Origin: Kiritimatiellia bacterium
GTDB lineage: Bacteria; Verrucomicrobiota; Kiritimatiellia; CAIQIC01; Lenti-01
Assembly: GCA_045627965.1 (NCBI GenBank)
Contig: JAZQOP010000083.1
Coordinates: forward strand, 1 to 37,557
Direction of reading: 5' to 3'
DNA length: 37,557 bases
The notes under the pieces were generated by a model. It was given only the letters and a program-made list of their open reading frames with translations. It searched no databases and was not told the origin of the DNA. How positions within the stretch are numbered: the first letter of the stretch is position 1; every line of letters begins with the position of its first letter. This document shows, piece by piece, positions 27,961-35,449 of the stretch. Position numbers and translations under genes: made by a program.

Positions 27961-28845
27961 ATGGGACCTTTCGTTGTGGTAGCCGGGACGGCGGGGCTGG
28001 ACCGCATCCGCCGGGCCGACGGGACGGATTCGGGCTGGCGGCCGGGCGGTTCGGCGACGTATGCGGCCGTGGCGGCGGCGCAGGCGGCGGCCGGGCGGTG
28101 CGCCGTCGGGATGCTGGGCGTCGTCGGCGACGATTTCCCGGACGAGGCCGGGGTGCGGTTGCTCGGGGCCGGCGTGGACTTGGCGGGCCTGGAACGCCGT
28201 CCGGGGCCGACGTTCCGCTGGGAGGCGGCCTATGGCGAGGACCCGGACGACCGCCGGACGCTCGCCACGCGCCTCGGCGTCCAGGCCGGGGCCCCGGCCC
28301 AGGTCCCCGCCGCGTGGCGGAAGGGGGCCGTCGAGGCGTTGCTGCTCGGGTGCGACGACCCCGTCCGGCAGCGGGGCTTTCGCGAGGCCTTCCCCAAGGC
28401 GGGTTTTGTCGCCCTGGACACGATGCGGATGTGGATTCGCGGGGCGCGCGACGTCTTGCTGGACCTGGTGCGCTCGGTCGACCTCTTCCTGCTGAACGAC
28501 GCCGAGGCGCGGACCTTGGCCGGCGCGGGCGCGGAGGCCGGCCCCGAGGCGTTGGCCGGGGCCGTCCTGGGGCTCGGGGCGCGCCGCGTGGTCGTCAAGC
28601 GCGGGGCTTCGGGGGCGCTGTATGCCGATGCCCGGCGCGCCGTGGCCGTCCCGGCGGCCGCGTTGGGACCGGGCGGGCTGGTGGATCCGACCGGGGCAGG
28701 GGACTCGTTCGCGGGGGCCTTGTGCGCCGCCGTCGCGGCGGCCGTCGCCACGGACGGCGCCGACCTCGACGAGGCCATCGTCGCGGCGCTCCCCGCCGCG
28801 GCCGCCGCCGGGGCCGCCGCCTGCCGGCATTTCGGCGCCGTCTAG
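27961..28845 (+). CDS. PfkB/ribokinase-family carbohydrate kinase, 294 aa
   Basis: PGGSATYAA, GVVGDDF, LNDAEA, VVKRGASGA and the signature VDPTGAGDSFAG. SD AAGGAG upstream. Confidence 0.9.
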   Translation: MGPFVVVAGTAGLDRIRRADGTDSGWRPGGSATYAAVAAAQAAAGRCAVGMLGVVGDDFPDEAGVRLLGAGVDLAGLERRPGPTFRWEAAYGEDPDDRRTLATRLGVQAGAPAQVPAAWRKGAVEALLLGCDDPVRQRGFREAFPKAGFVALDTMRMWIRGARDVLLDLVRSVDLFLLNDAEARTLAGAGAEAGPEALAGAVLGLGARRVVVKRGASGALYADARRAVAVPAAALGPGGLVDPTGAGDSFAGALCAAVAAAVATDGADLDEAIVAALPAAAAAGAAACRHFGAV

Positions 28846-28886
28846 GGGCGTGGAGGGGGGCCGTGGGGAGACAAAATGGCGCGGGG

Positions 28887-28915
28887 TTGCTGTTTGGCAT
28901 GGAATCTGCTATTCC
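28887..28915 (+). promoter_or_regulatory. Putative sigma70 extended -10 promoter of batA
   Basis: TTGCTG (28887-28892), 17-bp spacer, TATTCC (28910-28915) preceded by TGn. ATG follows at 28925 with no SD. Confidence 0.45.
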
Positions 28916-28924
28916 CCATGTGCC

Positions 28925-29923
28925 ATGTTTTCCTTTCGTCAACCGCTTCTGTTGCTGCTTTTGCTGGCCGTTCCGCTGGTGGTGCTCTATGTGCGGATGC
29001 GGCGGCGGGCGCCGACGGTGGCGACGTCGGATGCGGCGTCGCTGGCGGGGCTTCCTCGGTCGCCGTGGGTGCGGATGCGGTTCGTGGTGCCGGTGTTGCT
29101 GGGGCTGGCGGGCGTCTTGCTGGTTGTGGCGGCGGCGGGGCCTCGCGAGGGGATGACCCGGACGCACGCCGAGACGGAGGGGGTTGACATCGTGCTGCTG
29201 GTCGACACGTCGACCTCGATGAACGCGACCGACCTGGCGACGGCGGCCGCCCCCCGCCTTTCGCGCCTCGACGCCGCGAAGTCGGTCATCCGCCGCTTCG
29301 TCGAGGAGCGTCCGGACGACCGGATCGGGATCGTGGCGTTTTCCGCGATGCCGTTCACGCTGGCCCCGCTGACGACGGACCACGCCTGGCTCGGATTGCA
29401 GATCGACCGCCTGCAGACGGCGATGCTGCCGGAGGACGGGACGGCGATCGGGGACGCGATGGCGTCGGCGGTCAACCGGCTCCGGGCTTCGCAGGCGAAG
29501 AGCAAGGTCGTCATCCTGCTGACCGACGGCATCCATAACCGGGGGCGCCTGAAGCCGCTCGACGCGGCGCAGGCGGCCAAGGCGCTGGACATCAAGGTCT
29601 ACACGGTGGGGGCGGCGTCGGACCGGCCGCAGCGCGTCTCGGGGCTCTTCGGGATGAGCGTTGCGTTGCCGGGCGATGAAATCGACGAGGAGACGCTGAA
29701 GAAGGTGGCGGAGACGACGGGGGCGCAGTATTTCCGGGCGACGGACCTGGATGCGCTGCAGGCCGTCTATGACCGGATCGACGAGCTGGAGAAGACGGAG
29801 ATCGAGCTGGATTCCTACACGCTCTACAAGGATTGGTTCATGCCGTTCGCCGTGGCGGCGGCCGCGTGCCTGGCGCTGGCCCTGGCCCTCCAGGCGACGC
29901 GAATCGCGAGGTTGCCGCTATGA
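28925..29923 (+). CDS. batA: BatA-like vWA domain membrane protein, 332 aa
   Basis: N-terminal MFSFRQPLLLLLLL, MIDAS DTSTSM, DRIGIVAFS, APLTTD, GTAIGDA, ILLTDG, IKVYTVG, IDEETLKKVAETTG, IDELEKT, and a C-terminal TM. Start reassigned from the ORF track. Confidence 0.88.
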   Translation: MFSFRQPLLLLLLLAVPLVVLYVRMRRRAPTVATSDAASLAGLPRSPWVRMRFVVPVLLGLAGVLLVVAAAGPREGMTRTHAETEGVDIVLLVDTSTSMNATDLATAAAPRLSRLDAAKSVIRRFVEERPDDRIGIVAFSAMPFTLAPLTTDHAWLGLQIDRLQTAMLPEDGTAIGDAMASAVNRLRASQAKSKVVILLTDGIHNRGRLKPLDAAQAAKALDIKVYTVGAASDRPQRVSGLFGMSVALPGDEIDEETLKKVAETTGAQYFRATDLDALQAVYDRIDELEKTEIELDSYTLYKDWFMPFAVAAAACLALALALQATRIARLPL

Positions 29924-30924
29924 TGACGTTTGCCCATTCGGGGGTGCTCCCGTATCTGCTGCTGCTGGTGCCGGCCGGCTGGGCCGTGCTGGCGCTGGTG
30001 CGGCGCCGCCAGAGACAGCTGTCGCGGCTGGCCGAGGAGCCGACGCTGGCGGCGCTGGCGCCAGAGGCGCGCTCCTCGCGCCCGGTGCGCCGGACGCTCT
30101 GGCTGCTGGCGGCGCTGGCGCTGACGCTCCTGGCGGTGGCGCGCCCGCAGTGGGGGGCGCGCTGGGAGGAGGTCTCGCGCAAGGGGCTGGACATCGCCAT
30201 CGTGCTGGATACGTCGCGGTCGATGACGGCGTCGGACCTGCCGCCGTCGCGCCTCCAGCAGGCCAAGTGGGGGGTCCGCGACCTGCTGGCCTCGCTGCAT
30301 GGCGACCGCGTGGCGCTGATCCCGTTCGCGGGGGCGTCGGTGCTGCAATGCCCGTTCACGACGGACTACGCGGCGTTCACGATGACGCTCGACGACGTCT
30401 ACGCGGGCATCATCCCCAAGGGCGGCACGGCGATCGAGCAGGCCTTGCGGACGGCCCTCGACGCGTTTCCTGCCCCCGCGGAGGAGGGCGGCGAGCCCGA
30501 GGCGGACCGCGTCGTGCTGCTGATTACCGACGGCGAGGACCACGTGGGCGACCCGATGGCCCTGGTGCCGGCGCTGCAGGAGGCGCACGTCAGGGTCTAC
30601 ACGATCGGCATCGCGACGCTGGCGGGGGAGATCCTCCCGGGGGACGAGGGCTCCGGCGACGCCTATTTCAAGGATCGCCAGGGGCGCGTCGTCCAGAGCA
30701 CGCTGCACGAGGAGGTCCTTCAGAAGCTGGCCCTGGCGACGGGCGGCACCTATGTCCGGTCGGCGCCGGGCGATTCGGGGCTGGAGAGGATCTTCCACGA
30801 GTCGATCGAGTCGCTGCATCGCTCCAGCCAGGAGGCGCGGCAGACGTCCGTGAAGATCGAACGCTTTCCGGTGCCGCTGCTGCTGGCGCTCGGGGCGCTG
30901 CTGCTGGCGGTGCTGCAGAAGTAG
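29920..30924 (+). CDS. batB: BatB-like vWA domain membrane protein, 334 aa
   Basis: ARPQWG, LDTSRSM, PSRL..AK, DRVALIPFAG, CPFTTDY, GTAI, LITDGEDH, VQSTLHEEVLQKLA. ATGA overlap with batA. Confidence 0.88.
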   Translation: MMTFAHSGVLPYLLLLVPAGWAVLALVRRRQRQLSRLAEEPTLAALAPEARSSRPVRRTLWLLAALALTLLAVARPQWGARWEEVSRKGLDIAIVLDTSRSMTASDLPPSRLQQAKWGVRDLLASLHGDRVALIPFAGASVLQCPFTTDYAAFTMTLDDVYAGIIPKGGTAIEQALRTALDAFPAPAEEGGEPEADRVVLLITDGEDHVGDPMALVPALQEAHVRVYTIGIATLAGEILPGDEGSGDAYFKDRQGRVVQSTLHEEVLQKLALATGGTYVRSAPGDSGLERIFHESIESLHRSSQEARQTSVKIERFPVPLLLALGALLLAVLQK

Positions 30925-30942
30925 GGGCGCGGCGCATCCCCG

Positions 30943-30973
30943 AAACACGTTTCCATTCAATGGAAACGTGTTT
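30943..30973. repeat. Perfect 15-bp inverted repeat (hairpin, terminator or operator)
   Basis: aaacacgtttccatt-c-aatggaaacgtgttt, located between the batB stop and the next promoter. Confidence 0.75.
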
Positions 30974-30976
30974 TGG

Positions 30977-31005
30977 TTGCGCGGACGTGGGGCGAAGGGT
31001 AGGAT
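30977..31005 (+). promoter_or_regulatory. Sigma70-like promoter of the methyltransferase gene
   Basis: TTGCGC (30977-30982), 17-bp spacer, TAGGAT (31000-31005). ATG lies 9 nt further on. Confidence 0.55.
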
Positions 31006-31014
31006 GGGGGCGCC

Positions 31015-31779
31015 ATGAGCAAGACCGATCCGAATTGTCCGTTTCCCGAAAGTGCCGACATCCACACCTCGACCGACGAATACGCCGGCCGCTTCGCAGG
31101 CCCGTGGGGCGAGTGGATGCTCGGCGTGCAGGAAAAGCTGACCCTGCGCCTGCTGCGCGACATGCCGAAGGGGACGACCGTGCTGGACGTCGGCGGCGGC
31201 CACGGGCAGCTGGCCCACCCGATGGTGCGCGACGGCTACGCGGTGACGGTGCTCGGCTCGGACGAAAGCTGCCGGCACCGGGTCGAGTCGCTGGTGGAGT
31301 CGGGCCGCGCGCGTTTCCTCGTCGGGTCGGTCGTCGCCTTGCCGTTCGCGGACAAGTCGTTCGACGTGGCGGTCTGCTTCCGGCTGCTGACGCACTGCGA
31401 GATGTGGCACGTGCTCGTCAAGGAGCTCTGCCGCGTCGCGCGCAAGGCGGTCGTGGTGGACTACCCGACCAGCCAGTCGGCGAACGCGATCGCCCCGGCG
31501 TTCTTCGGCGCCAAGAAGAAGTTCGAGAAGAATACGCGGACGTGGACCCTCTTTCGGCACCGCGAGGTGGCCGCGGCGTTCGCGGATTGCGGCTGGAAGC
31601 GCGCCGGCATGGCCAAGCAGTTCTTCCTGCCGATGGTCATCCACCGGATGGCCAGGTCGAAGGGCCTGAGCGCGGCGATGGAGGGCGTCTGCCGGGGCCT
31701 GGGACTGACGGCGCTGGCCGGCTCGCCGGTGATCGCGCGGTGGGAGCCGGAGGAAATGCCCCGGGACCGGGGCGTGTAA
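31015..31779 (+). CDS. Class I SAM-dependent methyltransferase, 254 aa
   Basis: Motif I VLDVGGGHG, LPFADKSFDVAVC, KELCRVARK. Confidence 0.88.
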   Translation: MSKTDPNCPFPESADIHTSTDEYAGRFAGPWGEWMLGVQEKLTLRLLRDMPKGTTVLDVGGGHGQLAHPMVRDGYAVTVLGSDESCRHRVESLVESGRARFLVGSVVALPFADKSFDVAVCFRLLTHCEMWHVLVKELCRVARKAVVVDYPTSQSANAIAPAFFGAKKKFEKNTRTWTLFRHREVAAAFADCGWKRAGMAKQFFLPMVIHRMARSKGLSAAMEGVCRGLGLTALAGSPVIARWEPEEMPRDRGV

Positions 31780-31848
31780 CCGGCGGGCGGGGGCAGGCGA
31801 CAAGAGTTTTCGTGCGGCGGCGAACGTCCGCCCAGGAAGGAGCCCTGA

Positions 31849-32421
31849 ATGAACAAGATGAAGATGGCGGTTGTGGCGGCGGTCGGAGCGTTGGCGCTGA
31901 CGGCGACGTCGTTCGCCGGCGACTGGCACACGGTGGCGCGCCTGCAGACCGGCGGCGGAGCCAAGGAAATCTCGGCGGTCTACGACAACGCCGAGACGGT
32001 CCAGATCGAATGCACCGACGGCCAGATCAACGTCCAGACGCTCTGGGTGCGCAACGGCGGCCAGAAGCGCGAAATCCGCGTCGCCCGCACGCTGGCGCGC
32101 GGCCAGAAGGTCGAATTTCCCCTGAACGGCTCGATTACCGGCTTCCGCATCAGCGACAGCGGGAACGGCAGCTACAAGATCCACGTCAAGACCGGACACG
32201 GCTCGCGCGACCGCGACCGCGACCGCCGCTATGATGACCGCGACCGCCGCGACCGCTACTACGATGACCGCTACGACCGCCGCGACCGCTACTATGACGA
32301 CCGCGACCGCTACTACGATGACCGCTACGACCGCCGCGGCCGCTACTATGACGACCGCGACCGTCGCGACCCGCCGCCGCGCCGCGACTCCGGCAGCTGG
32401 CTCGATTGGCTCTTCGATTGA
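31849..32421 (+). CDS. Secreted hypothetical protein with a small beta-rich domain and an R/D/Y low-complexity tail, 190 aa
   Basis: SD AAGGAG, signal peptide MNKMKMAVVAAVGALALTATSFA, YYDDR repeats, C-terminal SWLDWLFD. Confidence 0.8.
   Translation: MNKMKMAVVAAVGALALTATSFAGDWHTVARLQTGGGAKEISAVYDNAETVQIECTDGQINVQTLWVRNGGQKREIRVARTLARGQKVEFPLNGSITGFRISDSGNGSYKIHVKTGHGSRDRDRDRRYDDRDRRDRYYDDRYDRRDRYYDDRDRYYDDRYDRRGRYYDDRDRRDPPPRRDSGSWLDWLFD
32206..32370 (+). repeat. Coding tandem repeat (DR / YYDDR units)
   Basis: Repeated gaccgc and tactacgatgaccgc units encoding RDRDRDRRYDDRDRRDRYYDDRYDRRDRYYDDRDRYYDDRYDRRGRYYDDRDRRD. Confidence 0.85.
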
Positions 32422-32495
32422 CCGGGCGGACGGGGGCGAGGGCGGAACACGGCCCGGAAGCGGGCGGAAAAAAGGACGAGAAAGGACGGTTGGCG

Positions 32496-33953
32496 ATGGA
32501 TATCCGGTTGCAGGACGTGGCGGCGGCGTTTCCCCAGGCGTGGAGCGCGGAGGACGTGGCGGGCGCGAAGACGATCTTCTTCAAGCGCCTCGCCTTGGCC
32601 GCGCACCGCTTCTACGGCGGCAAGATCCAGGTTTTGCCGCGCGCCGGCCTGCCGGGATATGGCTGGTTCAACGCCTGGTATACGCCGGGCGTCAGCGCCG
32701 TCTCCACCGCCATCCGCGACGACAACGACGAGTCGTTCGAGCTCTCGTGGCGCGGCAACCTCGTCGCCGTCGTCAGCGACTCGACGCGCGTCCTCGGCGA
32801 CGGCGACGTGACGCCGCCCGGCGGGCTCGGCGTCATGGAGGGCAAGGCCTTCCTGATGAAGATGCTCGGCGGCGTCGATGCCGTCCCGCTCTGCATCGAC
32901 AGCCGTGGCCCCGACGGCCGCAACGACCCGGATGCCATCATCGAATGGGTGCGCCGCGCCGCCCCCTCGTTCGGCGCCGTCAACCTCGAGGACATCAGCC
33001 AGCCGAACTGCTTCCGCGTCCTCGACGAGCTGCGCGACAGTTGCGGCATCCCCGTCTGGCACGACGACGCCCAGGGGACAGGCTGCGTCACGCTCGCCGG
33101 GCTCCTGAACGCCCTCAAGGTCGTCGGCAAGGACATCGCGGATTGCCGGATGGTGTTCATCGGCGCGGGGGCGTCGAACACGACGATCGCACGGCTGATC
33201 TTGCGCGCGGGGGCCGACGGCGCCAAGGTCGCGATGTTCGACTCGAAGGGCGGCCTGCACGCCGGGCGCGCCGACATCGAGGCGGATGCCCGGTTCTATC
33301 GCAAGTGGGAAATCTGCCAGGCGACGAATCCCGGCCGCATCGACCGCGTGGAGGAGGCCGTCAAGGGCGCGGACGTGCTCATCAGCCTCTCGAAGCCCGG
33401 TCCCGGCACCGTGCGCGCCGAATGGGTCGCGAGCATGGCACCCCGGGCCATCGTCTTCGCCTGCGCGAATCCCGTCCCCGAAATCTATCCCTACGAGGCC
33501 AAGGCCGCCGGCGCGGAGGTCGTCGCGACGGGCCGCGGCGACTTCCCGAACCAGGTCAACAATTCGCTCGGCTTCCCGGGCATTCTCAAGGGCGCCCTCC
33601 TCGTGCGTGCGCGGACGATCACCGACGACATGGCCATCGTCGCGGCGCGGACGATCGCCGGATATGCGGAACGCAACGGCGGCTTGTCGGCGGACCGCAT
33701 CATGCCGCTGATGACCGAGGAAGGCGTCTTTGCGGAAACGGCCGCCGCGGTCGCGGAACAGGCCGTCAGGGAAGGCGTCGCCCGGCGGCAGCTGACGGCG
33801 GACCAGGTGCTCGCCAAGGCGCGCGCCGACATCGCCGATGCGCAGAAGGCGCTGGGGCTGCTCGTCTCCTCCGGCCTGGTCGCCGAGCCGCCGCAGGAGC
33901 TCCTCCGCGAATGCCTGGAGGCGACGGTCGCCGAAGTGGAGTCGCGCAAGTGA
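32496..33953 (+). CDS. mae: NAD(P)-dependent malic enzyme (short form, no PTA domain), 485 aa
   Basis: YTPGVS, RVLGDGD, VMEGKA, VNLEDISQPNCF, WHDDAQGTG, GAGAS, FACANPVPEI, TGRGDFPNQVNNSLGFPG. Start ATG 32496 chosen after AAAGGA. Confidence 0.92.
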   Translation: MDIRLQDVAAAFPQAWSAEDVAGAKTIFFKRLALAAHRFYGGKIQVLPRAGLPGYGWFNAWYTPGVSAVSTAIRDDNDESFELSWRGNLVAVVSDSTRVLGDGDVTPPGGLGVMEGKAFLMKMLGGVDAVPLCIDSRGPDGRNDPDAIIEWVRRAAPSFGAVNLEDISQPNCFRVLDELRDSCGIPVWHDDAQGTGCVTLAGLLNALKVVGKDIADCRMVFIGAGASNTTIARLILRAGADGAKVAMFDSKGGLHAGRADIEADARFYRKWEICQATNPGRIDRVEEAVKGADVLISLSKPGPGTVRAEWVASMAPRAIVFACANPVPEIYPYEAKAAGAEVVATGRGDFPNQVNNSLGFPGILKGALLVRARTITDDMAIVAARTIAGYAERNGGLSADRIMPLMTEEGVFAETAAAVAEQAVREGVARRQLTADQVLAKARADIADAQKALGLLVSSGLVAEPPQELLRECLEATVAEVESRK

Positions 33954-35134
33954 GTCCGCATCCGCTGTCGCGCCACCCGTCGGAGGACCGCCCGCTGCGC
34001 ATCCTCTTCGTGAACCGCATGGCCTGCATGGAGCGCGGCGGCGGCGAGACGTTCGACCTCGAAATCTCGAAGGAGCTCCGTCGCCTGGGCGCGGAGGTCG
34101 GCCTGCTGAGCGGCTCCCCGCTGTTTGGCCGCGTGCCGCGCCCGGTCGAAGGGGCGATGGTCGTGCGCTCGCCGTGGCTGAAGTGGTTCCCGTGGGACAA
34201 GGTGCGCGGGGGATGGCGCGTCCGCGAGGGCGAATTTGCCTGGTGGCAGCGCTTGGCGGCGAAGGCGGTGGCGCGCGTGGCGGACCGCTACGACGTGATC
34301 CAGGTTTGCGAACTGTGCGGCCTGGTGGCCAACCTGCGCCGGATGGGCGTGAAAAAGCCCGTCATGATGCGCATGACGGCGCCGAACTACTACGACCCGC
34401 ACGACGCGGTGCACCAGGCGTCGGCCCTGATGGCCAGCGGCATGTCGATCGCCCTGATGCGCAGCCGCGGACTGGACGTCCACGACGTGCCGAATTCGGT
34501 CGACGTCGCCCATTTCAAGCCGGCGACCCCCGAAGGCCGGCGCCTCGCCCGCGAACGGCTGGGGATCGCCGAAGGGACGTTCGTCGCCGTCTATGCGGCG
34601 CGTTTGCAGGGCTTCAAGAACCACGCGATGCTCCTGGAGGCCTGGCGGAAGTTCGCCGCGGCGCGCGGGAGGGACGACGTCCTCCTGCTGCTGGCGGGGC
34701 AGGGGCCGCTCGAAGCGGAGCTGAAGCGCTCCTCGGAGGACCTGGCCCGGCGCGGCCTGGTCCGCTTCCTGGGCGAAGTGCCCTACGCGGACCTGCCGGG
34801 CATCTACGCCGCCGCCGACCTGGGCGTGATTTCCAGCGAATACGAATCGTTTTGCTTCGCCGCGATCGAAAAGATGGCGGCGGGCCTGCCCGTCCTGACA
34901 ACGGACTGCGGATGGGTCCCGCGCCTCGTCGAGGACGGCGCAGGCGTCGTCGTCCCCGTCGGCGATCCCGCGGCCTTTGCGGATGCCCTGGCCCGCCTGG
35001 CCGGCGATGCGGACGCCCGCCGCCGCCTCGGCGAAACCGGCCGCCGCCTTGCAGTCGAGCGCCATACCTGGGAAGCCTCGGCGACCAAGCTGCTCGGCAT
35101 CTACCGCGACCTGGTCGCCAAGCCCTCCGCCTAG
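33950..35134 (+). CDS. GT4 family (GT-B) glycosyltransferase, about 394 aa
   Basis: LRILFV...GGGE, VPNSVDVAHF, ARLQGFKNH, AGQGP, FLGEV, and the E-x7-E motif ESFCFAAIE-KMAAGLPV. GTG start overlaps the malic enzyme stop (GTGA). Confidence 0.88.
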   Translation: MSPHPLSRHPSEDRPLRILFVNRMACMERGGGETFDLEISKELRRLGAEVGLLSGSPLFGRVPRPVEGAMVVRSPWLKWFPWDKVRGGWRVREGEFAWWQRLAAKAVARVADRYDVIQVCELCGLVANLRRMGVKKPVMMRMTAPNYYDPHDAVHQASALMASGMSIALMRSRGLDVHDVPNSVDVAHFKPATPEGRRLARERLGIAEGTFVAVYAARLQGFKNHAMLLEAWRKFAAARGRDDVLLLLAGQGPLEAELKRSSEDLARRGLVRFLGEVPYADLPGIYAAADLGVISSEYESFCFAAIEKMAAGLPVLTTDCGWVPRLVEDGAGVVVPVGDPAAFADALARLAGDADARRRLGETGRRLAVERHTWEASATKLLGIYRDLVAKPSA

Positions 35135-35217
35135 CGCCCGCCGCCGCCGGGGCGTCGGCCGGGAGGGGGACGGCCGCCGGGACGGCGCATCTGTTCACCC
35201 CCTGAAAACGCAAGAAG

Positions 35218-35328
35218 CCAATGGAGATGGCACTATTTGCGCATTTTGGAGGCCATTTCCCACCACGTTTGTACAAAGGTGGTGCTTCCGCGGCCGTAAA
35301 AAACGTCAAAATAGCCCGATTCCATTGG
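35218..35328. repeat. About 110-bp imperfect palindromic intergenic element
   Basis: Central caccacg-tttgtacaaa-ggtggtg (35261-35284), with symmetric ctattt/aaatag and terminal ccaatgga/tccattgg about the same centre (~35273). Confidence 0.55.
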
Positions 35329-35449
35329 GCGAAAGGCGCTCTTGAGGACCTGCTTGTCCGGCCGATTTCCGGACGGGCGGGGCAGGGGGATTGGCCGAAG
35401 GGCAACTATTGGCTTTTCCGAAGGGGGGGCTTGGGCTATTCTTCGGGCG

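Noticed and set aside
4239-28007. 7,922-aa ORF on the minus strand
   Set aside because: It is in codon register with the giant gene and stays open only because the sense gene has no TTA, CTA or TCA codons. The translation is Arg/Val-rich with no recognisable domains, so it is a shadow ORF.
28622-28924. Extended N-termini given by the ORF track for batA (also batB, malic enzyme and the SH3 protein)
   Set aside because: The extensions overlap upstream genes or promoter regions. Family N-termini and coupling or SD signals support the later starts.
30921-30941. GTAGGGGCG... as another REP copy
   Set aside because: The GTAG includes the batB stop codon, the hairpin is weak and it does not match the REP consensus.
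32231-33949. N-terminal part of the 967-aa ORF (MTATTAATAT repeats)
   Set aside because: It is an alternative-frame reading of the YYDDR repeat and the malic enzyme gene. The GT4 begins at about 33950.
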